A stretch of 61,731 nucleotides of DNA from Folioceros fuciformis (lineage: Eukaryota), in the NCBI GenBank assembly GCA_049999805.1, contig JBNGIO010006236.1, positions 1 through 61,731 on the forward strand. The letters run 5' to 3'. Of the stretch, positions 37,399 through 49,510 are shown one piece after another. The position numbers and the translations under genes were made by a program. The notes beneath the pieces were generated by a model. The model did not search any database. It worked only from the letters and a program-made list of their open reading frames with translations, and was not told where the DNA came from. Numbering within the stretch: the first letter of the stretch is position 1; every line of letters starts with the position of its first letter.

Positions 37399-37962
37399 CC
37401 AGGCGACGCGTAAACCTTTCCCTTCTGCCCTTCACATGAAAACCACAGCCCCAAGCCCTGCCAGAGGTACGCGCTACAATCCCATTCTTGGCTGCCCAGC
37501 TCCCAGACGAGCCTGTTCTTTCCTCTGTTGCTACTCGCCGCAAGTCCCGCGCTTGTCTTCCCCTTACAACGCACAGCGGCCGAGTCTCCAACTCTATTTA
37601 TCTGCAGAAGAGGCAAAACATAGGATCCCAACATCCAACTTCCGCGCCCCAGGCGGGTAGGGGGGGAAGAAGCGTTGTCCCCCGTAAGTTGAGCTGCCTC
37701 GACCCATTCCCGCCTAGGTTGTCTCTCGCATTCAATGCCACTCCAAGTTAATAAGGCAGCTGTTACAAATAGCCTTCCGCTTTTCAGTAGTGACACAAAC
37801 GCAACAGCCGATGACAGATGCTACAGCCCCGCGCCTATGGTTCCTGGCACTTGGATCTTCATGATCCCCTCCCCTCCCCGCCCCAAGGGATAGTTGCACA
37901 ATCCTGGATATGGGAGGAGTCGTTATGCCCTGATGTCACTTTAGGTCTCAGGCTAGCAAAGG

Positions 37963-38330
37963 TCGAGTGGCCTAAGGCGTGCTGCCGATATTTCTCATAT
38001 GAGTGCAAGATACATGCTGACTGCCTCCAGTGTTATATTATCGGAATCTTACCCCGGAGAAGGTGGAACGCCAGAAGCAACCATGGCTGGAAGGGATACT
38101 GTATTTTGCCTGTCGTTTGTACTGCTCGATCTCTGTTGTTCTCCTTGACAAGGGCGAGTCCAGGAAGAGTAGAAATCGAGTGGCCTGAGGCGTGCTGCTG
38201 ATCATTCTAACATGAGTGCAAGATACATGCTAGCTGCCTCCAGTGTCCCATGATCGGAATCTCACCCCGAAGAAGGTGGAACGCCAAAGCAAACCACGGC
38301 TGGAAGGGATATTTTGCCTGCCGTTCGTTT
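37963..38330 (+). repeat. ~155-bp direct repeat pair (37963-38120 and 38176-38330)
   Basis: tcgagtggcct.aggcgtgctgc...gagtgcaagatacatgct...atcggaatct.acccc..agaaggtggaacgcca...ggctggaagggata present twice. Confidence 0.85.
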
Positions 38331-38474
38331 CGACTGTCTCATATCTTTTCTCCTGCAGAGGACCGGGACGAATTTGGGAACATTGTACGTTGCCTACATC
38401 AAAGTGTTAGGCGGAAGAAGTCAGGTGTTGGTTCAATTTGATGTCGTCTGGCGTGCTCAACAGCGCGCACCGGC

Positions 38475-39854
38475 ATGATGGAGCCTGGGGACGAGTTGGT
38501 GAAGAGTTGTAAGAGGTGGAGAGACTTGAATGACGGGCTGCTCGATCTGAACGACGGAATGCTCGCTGTGAATGACGGGACGTTCAATTTCAATAACGGG
38601 ATGTTTGCTGTTTTCACCAAGCACATTGCATCTCGTTTGCCCTATGGTGACCTTCTACGCGCCGAACTGGTGTGTAAGAAGTGGCGCGAGGGTTGCAGGT
38701 CCCACAAGATGCGTGACATCAAGACTGGGACCTGCTTGGTCAAGTTCAAACTTCATGCCAAGTGGATTCCAAGAAGTATCTATAGGAAGACAACAATACA
38801 AATCCACAATCCATTACAGCGAGACTCGTTGCAGTGCGATGTGCTAGGCTGGCCTGAGGATCTTAATGCTTGGTGCCCTTCCGAACGTTGGGAGGCAGGG
38901 AATAACGGGCTTTTCGTTCTATGGAGAGCTGAGCCGGTGTCAGGGAACTTCGGGCAGGACGTACATCATTTAACTGTGTTAAACCCGCTGGGGCCATGTA
39001 CAAGAACTCTACCTATCTTCCAAGAACTCGATTCATCCCTGACACAATTGAAGATGGTTCAGTCCGACAAGCGCAACCCGGGCCAAGAATACAGCATTGT
39101 GCTGTTCATCGGGAAGTTAAATCCGAGGTTGGCCATTTTCCGTTCTAGTCTGCGATCTTGGAGGACATGCCACGCTTGGCCTCCATTCCTAGACCCCCCA
39201 CTGGTGGAGGAGAAAGTTATCTGCATCAGGAGGAGTTGCTCGGGAGGAAGACTATACTGTCTCTTCGAAATCTCAAAGAGGGCCGGTAACGCCCGGGAAA
39301 TTCTAAATTACAGCGTCTGGAGATACGATCTTGAAACGGACGAGTGGAGCTCCATGGGCCTTTTTCTCCCGAAAACGGTCAGCATAGAAGGCAGATTCTC
39401 CCGCCTGACGCTGGCTGGATGTGGCGATACGATCTTGATAGTTGTCACAGGCGGCGACCAAGACTATTTCAAGTGCGTATCTGAAGGCTCTTTGATGAGG
39501 GCAACTGCTGGATCGAAGATCGGTTTCGTGCATATCTGGGAGCTGGACGGGCGTCGCTGGCCCACATTTTTCTGTCTATCAAAAATGCCGGCTAGGTACG
39601 TTGAATTGATGCACAAAGCAAAGTGCTTCCACGTTCCTTACCTCGCGAACTACATCGTTCTGGATGCTGAAGAGGCTATCTACTTTTGCGCGGATCAAGA
39701 GAGCCGTTTCGAGGACATAGTGATGTTTGACTGTACGCGCCGGTCCTGGTATTTGTTGGACAAGCGCCCACCGGTCATGCCTCAGGAGGTTACATCTTGT
39801 CCACCATATGTGGGGATCACCACTTTCAAGCCAAACATAAATGCCCAACCATAG
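38475..39854 (+). CDS. F-box protein with F-box-associated/kelch-like beta domain, intronless
   Basis: IASRLPYGDLLRAELVCKKWR F-box core; NNGLFVLW, TVLNPLGPCTRTLP, WRYDLETDEWS, VMFDCTRRSW. Confidence 0.8.
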   Translation: MMEPGDELVKSCKRWRDLNDGLLDLNDGMLAVNDGTFNFNNGMFAVFTKHIASRLPYGDLLRAELVCKKWREGCRSHKMRDIKTGTCLVKFKLHAKWIPRSIYRKTTIQIHNPLQRDSLQCDVLGWPEDLNAWCPSERWEAGNNGLFVLWRAEPVSGNFGQDVHHLTVLNPLGPCTRTLPIFQELDSSLTQLKMVQSDKRNPGQEYSIVLFIGKLNPRLAIFRSSLRSWRTCHAWPPFLDPPLVEEKVICIRRSCSGGRLYCLFEISKRAGNAREILNYSVWRYDLETDEWSSMGLFLPKTVSIEGRFSRLTLAGCGDTILIVVTGGDQDYFKCVSEGSLMRATAGSKIGFVHIWELDGRRWPTFFCLSKMPARYVELMHKAKCFHVPYLANYIVLDAEEAIYFCADQESRFEDIVMFDCTRRSWYLLDKRPPVMPQEVTSCPPYVGITTFKPNINAQP

Positions 39855-40799
39855 AGCTGCGCATGCGTGTCCTGCTCTTTTGCAGCCTATGAAGTTTGCT
39901 TAGTGCCAGTTATGTGACTCGAAATCATGTGCACCTACATTTGCCAGAGTTTGCGGTTCCAAATCCGTGTAAATGTTCACGACTTTTGATGTGCCCAGCT
40001 TCTGAAGCAATTTCTTCTCTTCCCCAGGCCTGTAAAACTCTATCCTCAGGCTGTTTAGTACCTAGGTGATGGTGTGCCCAGCTCCTGAATCTGACAGTTT
40101 CTCCTTCTCCTTCCCCCTGTAGAATTTCTATTCCGCACGACCAAGTAGATTATGAGCCCAGCGCTGGCTACAGCCTCCTTCTCAGACTCCAAAAGGAAAT
40201 ATTCTCACAGCATCCTGTTCTCAGCTGCAGCAGCACTTTTATTCTAACATGCTAATTCGCTTAGTGACTGCCCGATTGTGAAGTCACCCCACACCGCACC
40301 TGCTCAGAGTAGATGGGGCATCTGTATCCAGCGCCGGCAATGGACAAGAGACAAATTTAAAACTTCTCCAAATGCACAGTTGCTTAGCCTCACGTTATCC
40401 CGGGTTCGAGCGCCAAAACTCCCCAACAATCTTACCAGAGCAAACTGCTGATACAAATCGTAGACTCTCGCTAGCGCTAGTCAGGAGTGACTGGTACGCA
40501 AGAGACGCTGAATTCAGTCTTTCTTCTGATCAACACGACGGTTTCGATTGCTGTGAGCAAGCGCGCCCCTGCCGATGCTTTGATGAGCCTGGATGAGAAG
40601 AGTTCCCGACTCACGATTTCCTATTAGGCTTCTCGTCTCTCCCCCGGGCCGGTAAAGCTAGAAGGCCAAAGCGGGCAGTACTGGAAGGGATATTATATAT
40701 TTAGCGTGTAGTTTCCAGTGTCCGATGTCGTCCCTCGCTGTGAAGAGGGACGAGTCTGGAAATGGTAGACCAGTGTCTCTGGTGGAATTTTTCGTTTGT

Positions 40800-41820
40800 C
40801 GTTTGCCAACTTTCTGCACGTACAACCAGCGTGTAAGGATCTGCGCAAGGCCTGTACGCAGCAGCAGCAGCTGATCAAGACTGGTATGTCCCTGCTTTGT
40901 AAAGCTTTACAGGAATGTGATAATGATGTTTGACGCCAGACTGGATGTGGAGAACACATTACAAATCCACAAGCCTCGTCACCGGGAATGGTCCCCCGCG
41001 GAGAAACTAGTAAGCTGGATTCACGAAGATGTTCCCGAACGACACAGTCGCCAAGTGGAGGCAGGGAATGACGGGCTTATCTAAGTTACGGGTGTTGTCA
41101 ACTGGGAGACCCGTTGCACGACATTGTGAGCATCAGGAGGTCTTGCTCGAGAGGAAGATTATATAGTCTCGTCCAGCACAGCTATCGTGACCCACGGCAT
41201 AAAACTCAAAGTTGCAGCATCTGGAAATTCGAACTTGCCAATGGGGTGGAGGAGTGGATTGCCATCGCCAGAGTATACAGGAGACTGCTCGCGAGAGCAC
41301 GACAGACTGTCAAAGTGACGCTGGTTGGATGTGGCGACAGGATCGTGATAGGTGTCACAGCTCTTGACCCTGACTCAAGCAAGGAGAAATCACCGAGATG
41401 GACGAAGAAGACGAGACGGACGATTCCGATAACTTGCAAACGGAAGCGAGGTCTCATGATGAAACGGGCATCACTGTCGTGGAAGTTTGGGAGCGTGCGG
41501 GACATGACTCCAGCACCCAAAAGGCGAGATGGATTCGTTTGTCACAAACGCCGGCTGAGTATGAGGGCTTAACGCTGGGCAGAAAGAGACACCATGACGC
41601 CTTCCTCCTTGGGCCCGAAAGCGTCGCCATCCTGGATGCTGAAGAGAACTCTACTGCTGCTTGGATGCATGGAGGGGTCATTGTAGTAATCTTGTTCTGT
41701 TCGATTGTACTGAACGGTCCTGGCATCCGATGGGCTGGACAGCTGCCCTGTGGAGAAGCCTCGATGCCGTTGGTTTCCAGCCGTTCGGCCTCAAGACTGC
41801 GCTCTCTCAAGCGTAACAAA
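40800..41820 (+). pseudogene. degenerate paralogue of the upstream F-box gene
   Basis: shared segments (atcaagactgg, caaatccacaa, ggaggcagggaat.acgggctt, IRRSCSRGRLY, TLVGCGD, ILDAEE, FDCT.RSW) with frameshifts and deletions. Confidence 0.78.
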
Positions 41821-42646
41821 GATACTGTGCTACAGAGCTATGAATCCGTACGGTGACTTGGGTCCGGTAGACCATGAAGTGTGCTGCTTGGTAGCATTTA
41901 TGCAGCTGCAAAGTCATTTGTCCCACTTTGGGGGATCAAGATTGAATTTCATTGTGATGGATGGATCTTCAAATAAATGTGCACAGCCTCCGTTTCTTTA
42001 CTACCCTACCCTACACAATTCCATTCCCTAGGACATGGCTTGCAGACCATGAAGCTCGTCATACAACTGTGAAGTCATGTGCATTTTCCAGACTTTGCGG
42101 GAAGACATGTTGCTAGTGTCAATGACTCTCCGAAAGTGGTGTTTCCAGCTAATCCAAGCTACTCCTCGCAGCCTGAGGTGGGGTCACGTGGTTTGCTGAG
42201 CTTGCTACTGCAGCGTTTGTTACATGTACGCTACGGCCTGGACATGTTGCCTCATCAGACAGCAGCAGCGTTGGACCTTTACTCCCCCGGGCCGCTGTGT
42301 AGGACTTGTGGCTTCACACATCTGCTACAGCAGCTTTGCTGTCCGACACAGACATGCATACATGCTACGGGCTGGGTATGCAGATACAGCCTCATCACAC
42401 CGCACCTGCGTACTGTGGGTGGGACAAGTGTATCCAGTGACCGCAGCAGACATGAGACAAACACAGCATTATAAAAGTACAGTTGCAAGCCGTTTCCCCG
42501 GAGAGAACAAAACCCGGGAACGAGAGGCAAGCGCAATCCCAACCCCAAGCTACCTACTGCTACCATCTTACCAAGACTGAGCTCAGATTATCCCCGAGAG
42601 CGCGCACCCACACTCCCTTGAGCCAACAATTACAGCACAACGAAAT

Positions 42647-43259
42647 CTAAGAGACGTAAACAGGACCGGAATGCATCTTGGACTGGCGGTGCAGAGGCAC
42701 GTAAGGCGATTCCACCGACTCCATAGCCCCGTAGCAGATAAGCGGCCCGGACCTTGGCCGACTGCAGCGATGCACAGGTGTGAGCGGGCTGCCGTCGGTG
42801 TAGAGCGGCCCGGAGCTCTCGCGCGGCTTGCTTCTTTGCTGCACGGGCAGCGGCGCGGACTTGGTCCTGGAGCGCACCCGACTCGCCTCCTGCACTGGGA
42901 TCACCTTGGCCCCCTCGTGCCTCTTCTTACTCCCCCGCTTCAGAAAGGAAAGTAGACGCGCAGCCCAGGACTTGCCCCCGTGCCTCTTCCCCCCATCCTG
43001 CCAGGCCGCCTTCTGCTCCTGCTGCCGCCGCTGCCGCTGCTCCTGCTGCTGCTGCTCGTACCTGTACTCCGCGCTGGCAACATGAGTCCTCGCCTCCACC
43101 AACACCTGAAACCGAGCCAGCAACAGTCAGCAACACGCACACTGCGGCCGTGACCCGCAAAGCAGCATGCAAACCACAGCGAAGGCAAATGCAGAATCCC
43201 ACCCTGGCGTACTCCGTGAGCGGGTCGGAGTAGAGCTCCTCCGCCAGGGAAGGCGCCAT
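42647..43259 (-). CDS. uncharacterised plant protein with SGPL(Y) motifs (2 exons)
   Basis: MAPSLAEELYSDPLTEYAR|VLVEARTHV..KSWAARLLSFLK..SSGPLY..RSGPL..SPYVPL..SGPVYVS*; phase-0 GT-AG intron. Confidence 0.72.
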
Positions 43260-45553
43260 GGCAAGAAGAATCGGGCACTAAGACTGGTCCCGGAGACGCG
43301 ACATATTGCTGCTCCCAAAGACGGGAGCAGTGCCACCGAGAATCCGCGTCCTGAGTGCAGGGCGTGGGGAACGCGGAGTCCTGGAGAGGAGCGGATCCGG
43401 TGGAGAGCCTAAGAGTAATGAGTGAGCGAGGAGGACGGGGAAGGAGGTTGGGCGTGACACCAGGCGTGCCGGGCAAGTGCACGGTTGGAGCAACGCATTC
43501 AAGGCTCTCACAGATCACGCCCTTATGACGAGAGCAGCGGCGTCCCGCTGGCGCACCGGAAGTGGGACCTGCCCGACCTGGATACGGTAACCACAGTATA
43601 TAATAGCCAGTTCCTGTGAGCCTCCTGTGCAATGTACATCCAGCCGCTTTGCTCCACCATAGCAGCACAGCATAGCGTAGCGTTGCACCCAATCTCCCCG
43701 TGGGCTGGAAGCTCTGTAGCCTTAGCTGTAAGGGATGCACCGACAGACTAACAGTCACAAGGAGGATTGACGGTGACTCACGCCATCGTGATTCGTGAGT
43801 CGCAAACGGCACTAGTCTTCACACCTACAGGCCGGTGCGACCGTTAAGAAGGAACAAACGACACGTATATAGGTTGCTTGGATGTGTGCGTCTTGATGTC
43901 GGAGAGCGACCCGGGTCATGACTCATACTGAACATTCATATGATGGCCACGGCACGGCGGCCGGTCAAACCGGCACGTTCGTTCCTCACAGATCGGGGCT
44001 CCTGTCAGCATCCCATCACCTCGCAGCCTATTTCTGCGAGATGTTTAATGCGTGCCATGGAGAATAGACAACTTGCTTTCTTCTGGACAAACAACAGTCA
44101 CGGCGCACGTCACAGCCTCACAGTTTCGGAGACAGTTGGAAGTTGGTACATACTTGTACCAGCTGCTGCTGCCTGCTCCTGGCCACTTGACCGAGCAGCA
44201 GCCTCCTCCTGGCCACTTGACCGGGTTCCAGAGATGCCATATTCGATGCAATATTCGAGAGTGTAATAAGTCTCGCAGCAGGGAGATCGGGGAAAGGGAT
44301 TGAAAATATTTTTCTTCTGCGCGGCGCTGGAGTGAAGGTTGTTGTTCCCAGCTGACCGCAGGATAACCTCTTGGTGCGTCCTCGTACATGAGAAGTAGGC
44401 CAAATTCTCGCTCCCAGACGTGGTCCATGACATGGCCCTCTAGCCCTTGTGCCCGCTCTGCAGACCCGTATGGCCTTTGAGCCCCTCTGTGTGCTCTGCC
44501 AAAACCTGGTTATCAGATCATCCAGGGACATGAAGTCCAACCGTTCTCCCTGAAGTGTCCCATACTAGTCCTATTTCGTTCCAAGAAGAGCCCAGCAGAT
44601 CAGGACCGCACAAGATTTCCAACCCCAGATGACTCCAGTACAGGTATCTATGAAGCTAGCCCCTGTAGCTACATCGCATCGTGGAATCCACCAGGTTGCC
44701 TTCGCACATGCTCTTGGAAGTGCACATTACCATTGCCGGGCATCTTGGCTCAAGGTCTTGTTTTCATGATGCCGTTCCGGCTGGGACTAAAGTTCATCCT
44801 CATCCTCACATCCGGATTTACCTGCTACATATCACGATTTCCTTCAGTGGCCAACGCGACCAAAAAACAAGTGCCTGTACGTGGACAAACTCCATCCACA
44901 AATGGATGCCATTCTGATAGAACGTGTTACTCCAGAGGACACAATGACACACACCTGCACTTGGGCTCAAGACTATGGCAGAGGAGGTCGTCGGCGGCCT
45001 GCCCTGGTAGCGAAGAATAACTCCTCTACCAGCTCAAAGACCGACATGGCCCCCTCTCGTCATCGTTCCACATCAATCCCAGCCAACACAAATCCTTCTC
45101 TTTCGCACGTCGCCCCCATGTACTGCGCACAGCAGTGGCCAACAATCCGCCGGATTCATTCGAGGCAAACATCTACGACCACTACCACATCCTCGACCTC
45201 ACACAACGCTGCTGCTCCTTCTGCTGCTCATGAGCAACCCCTGCACCGTTATCCCCATCTACGCCATCCAACCTATTACCCTGCCCGCAGCCTCACCAGC
45301 TTCTACTCCTGGTCTAGGGTACTCCAAGAGTAGCAGTTGCAAAGTTGTTGTTTCTAGATACATACAGTATACACATACCACACCCTGTGATGATCCACAC
45401 AAGGGTATGCTAAGTTCTGCCATTTAGGGCAGACCCCCTACAACCAACCTTGTTAGGGCCGATGCCCTAAATACTTAGCTGGTCGACTCTCTGAGGTCTT
45501 TCCTCTCGCCGGCTGTCTCTCAGTCTGCTCCCGGTTTTCGGTCTGCAGCCGCC

Positions 45554-46727
45554 ATGGCTCCGAAGAGGGGGACTTTGAAGACGCCTGTTCCGCCTCCAGT
45601 TGAGAAGAAGAAGGTATCGTGTGAGCTGAGTCTGAGTTGGTTTGAGCCCTGCATCTGGGGGCAGCGGCTCGGATTTGTTTGCGCTTTTCTGGTATCTCAG
45701 CCAGCTGCGGATTGGCTCGTGCAGGTGCCGGAGAAGGTGGTGAATCCGCTATTTGAGAAGAGACCGAAGCAGTTCGGCATCGGCGGGGCGCTCCCACCTA
45801 AGAAGAATCTTCATAGGTTTGTGAAGTGGCCTAAATATGTGCGGATACAGCGGCAGCGCAGGGTCTTGAACCAGAGGTTGAAGGTCCCGCCAGCTCTCAA
45901 CCAGTTCACCAAGACACTGGACAAGAACCTCGGTGAGTAGAAGTTCATGCCGGTAGGGTTTCAATTATACGCAGGTGGTAGCTCTGGAGCGAGCACGCAC
46001 AGTTGAGGATTAGGTTGAAGGAATGGTGTTTGTTCCGACTCTGCAGCGACGAGCCTCTTCAAGATGCTCCTGAAGTATCGGCCTGAGTACAAGGCGGAGA
46101 AGAAGGAGAGGCTACTGAAGAAAGCTGCAGCAGAGGCAGAGGGGAAGACTATTGACACGAAAAAGCCCCTCGTTGTCAAGTATGGGATCAACCATGTGAC
46201 TTACCTGATCGAACAGGTGGGATGATTTGCTGGTAGCGTCTTCGTTTGAAGAGCCGCGCATGGTGTCTCCTAACTTCCTGTTACTGCAGGGGAAGGCTCA
46301 GCTTGTGGTGATCGCCCATGATGTCGACCCCATCGAGCTGGTGGTTTGGCTTCCTGCCTTGTGCAGGAAGATGGGTGTACCGTACGCGATAGTGAAGGGT
46401 AAGTCCAGGTTGGGTCAGATTGTGCATTCCAAGACTGCCACGGCTCTCTGCCTGACATCAGTGAAGAACGAGGATAAGCATGACTTCAGCAAAATTGTTG
46501 AAGCTGTCAAGGTAATGTTTAAAATCTCGCACGCTAGATGTTTGTTTCCGGATTTCGAAACTTATGGCTGTAACCTTGCTTTCTTTCCTGTGCAGGCCAA
46601 CTTCAACGACCGGTATGATGACTTCCGTAAGCAATGGGGTGGAGGCTTGATGGGTGTGAAGTCTCAGGCGAAGACCAAGGCCAAGGACAAGATCCTAGCT
46701 AAGGAAGCCGCCCAAAGACTCTCTTAA
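45554..46727 (+). CDS. RPL7a: 60S ribosomal protein L7a (eL8), 5 exons
   Basis: [78 protein letters not shown]. Confidence 0.98.
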
Positions 46728-47539
46728 GGAGTGGCTTTCAGTGCGCGGCTTTTCTCGGATTTTTTAACTTTTGGTTCCAGGGGCTCTGATCCTTGTGGAC
46801 AGCCTCTGGAATGAGTAGAAATTTTGAAGCATGTGTCCTCTACAATCTGTTCAAACCATATAGTTTGCGTACGACTTCTTCCAACGTTTTCAATTTCCCT
46901 CCAGAGCCGCCGGTTGCCCCTTGTTGGATAATAAGCAACTTTCGATTTCGTTATTTGGTTGCAATATGTTTGCTCACCCGACGATGGCTTTCAGAGTTAC
47001 CTTCTCCCCGAGGGCCTGGCGTGGCCCTGTTCGTAGGAAACAGGCCTGCCTACCGAACAGGGGAGACTTAATAGTGATATGTCCAAGAGTATCAGTCGTA
47101 GGCGTCGATATATGCTGTGTTGCTTTACCTCCAGTCCCTGGAAAGCCCTTGCACTCTTCCACCCTTTTCGCAAGAACGAATAATATGGTGCTGCATGCCC
47201 GACGCAAGAACTCTGGGATTAAGCATCGCGATCTTAGATCGATCCTTATGGGTGTCTAAAGGGAAGTCGCCCTTTACTGCATGTAGTTAGTGACGATGCT
47301 CTTTGGACACTTAGTTATATACTAAGTGCCACAACGGAAATCGTCCATGTGAGAAATACTAGAATTACACACTAAAATTACATATTTTAACTAGTTTATA
47401 ATTCATTAATCTTTATTGTCCATTCAAGGTTTCTAGAGTTATGTTAGGGAATACTATTAGACTAAATGAATAAGAAACACATTGGGTGGATGACAAATCT
47501 TCCTACAACACCATCTTTGAACAATACATGTCCATTGCT

Positions 47540-48030
47540 CTGCAAAGAACATTGGCCAACATAGCTTTTAGAGTGGATTTTAGAACATCGAATCCATTGC
47601 TTTGCAAAGAGCATTGGCCAATGCGGTTTTCAAAACATCGTATCCATTTGCAAAGAACATTGGGAAATGTGGTTTTTTGGCCAATGCGTTTTCAAAACAT
47701 CGTATCCGTTTGCAAAGAACATTGGGAAATGTGGTTTTTAGAACAACAACAAGCTCAAGTCAAGCGGCTTCTTCTTCGATACCTAATAACATTGTATCCG
47801 TTTGCAAAGAACATTAGGAAATGTGGTTTTTAGAATAACAACAAGCTCAAGTCAAGCGGCTTCTTCTTCGATACCTAATAACATCGTATCCGTTTGCAAA
47901 GAACATTNNNNNNNNNNTTCTTCTTCGATACCTAATAACATCGTATCCGTTTGCAAAGAACATTGGGAAATGTGGCTTTTAGAACAACAACAAGCTCAAA
48001 TCAAGTGGCTTCTTCGATACCTAATAGGCC
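47540..48030. repeat. minisatellite-like tandem array (92-bp main unit, shorter 5' variants) containing a 10-N gap at 47908-47917
   Basis: tttgcaaagaacatt recurs at 47709, 47801 and 47893 (period 92), with shorter-spaced copies upstream. Confidence 0.9.
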
Positions 48031-48750
48031 TTTTGTTATTCTACATCATGATATTGGGGAAGCAAAAGATAGTTTTTGAAATTAGATCAAGCGGTTTCTT
48101 ATGGTAGGTAGGCCTTTTGTTATTCCACATCATAACATTTTGATGTTCAAAGAGTGATGTTCAAAGGGGTTGGTACTTTTGGCCCTATTTGCCTTGTTCC
48201 TCTTTGCAATAGATAGACTTTCCATTCGTTTCAATAATAAAAAATAAAACATGAAAGAACCATTTATTTTAGAAAAACAAGATGGAAAACTCACCTACCC
48301 TAAAAGAGATAAATCATATTGGGACCCTAGGGACAATAAAGTTTAATGACCACTAATAACATCTAAAATATCATGTTCCAACATGAGGAAGGTCTTTCTA
48401 CCACCAACACTGGAGTTGTTGATGCTGCCTCTCTTAGCAATGTCATTGTCATGTTTATGGCATCTGCCTATCTTATTAATGTCGTTATCTTGTATATTTT
48501 ATATAGCATTAACCAAGTCATTGTAGAGCAATGACAACCCTTTATGGAAAGAAAGCTAAAATACACAAAGAGGAAAGCCAAGCCCAACAAAAACCGTGTG
48601 AAATACTTACTTGCCTAAGTGAAACCATGTCCATTTCTTGGTAAACTTACTCTACTTGTATCTTTCTTCTTTCTTATCATAAAAGAAACCAAGGGCTAAA
48701 GAGAGAGATGTAGCAAGCTGCAATTGAAGAGGACAAGGTTCCTCTAGCGT

Positions 48751-48958
48751 GATATTAAATAATGTATGTGAAAATGATTCACTTCATGCTGTTTATATAT
48801 ATTTCATTAATAGTAATAAAAGATACAAAGTGATTTGATTGTAGTAAGATATTAAATAATGTATGTGAAAATGACTCACTTCATGCATAATTAAATATGT
48901 TTATATATATTTTATTAATAATAATAAAAGATGCAAAGTGATTTGATTGCAGTAAGAC
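48751..48958. repeat. ~100-bp AT-rich tandem duplication
   Basis: gatattaaataatgtatgtgaaaatga.tcacttcatgc...aaagtgatttgattg.agtaaga twice. Confidence 0.85.
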
Positions 48959-49510
48959 GAAGATTTAAGACTTTATGATGGGCAGCTTTAATATACTCAT
49001 TACTTCTAATTATATTCTTAAAGTACTATTTTTCAGTTTTCAAATTTAAGTTTCTTAGATTAGGTTTGAAGCAATTGTGACACGATGATGAAAACATGAT
49101 AATAAAATATTAGTATTATGATATTAGAGTACCTGCAAGTTTCTTAGAAGACATGGAATAGTACCTTTGAACAAGAAGCACTAGTTCTGAGTTCAATGGT
49201 GGATGAGAAGTTCTGACTCAAAATTAGCTTTTAGCTAAATTATAAAATTATCGTGCATAAACTAGGAGGAACCCACCTGAAGGACAGTGTGGGCACCCGA
49301 ACGGAAATTACGAACCGGCCCGCCATGTGACTTCTAAAACATAAATGAAAACAAACCCGCCAGGACGATAGATTGGTAACATACACGATGAGAGGAAAAA
49401 GGTGACCTAATCGTCGATGAGGAAGAGATCCGATTGTCAATCCAAGCCGCAGTGCGAGGTTGCTAGCCATGGGCTGATTCCTCCTGCGTGCTGGCTGTGC
49501 TGGTTTTGGG

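Noticed and set aside
47540-48030. Repeat array as a CRISPR-like locus
   Set aside because: Units are whole tandem copies without unique spacers; eukaryotic context; no cas genes
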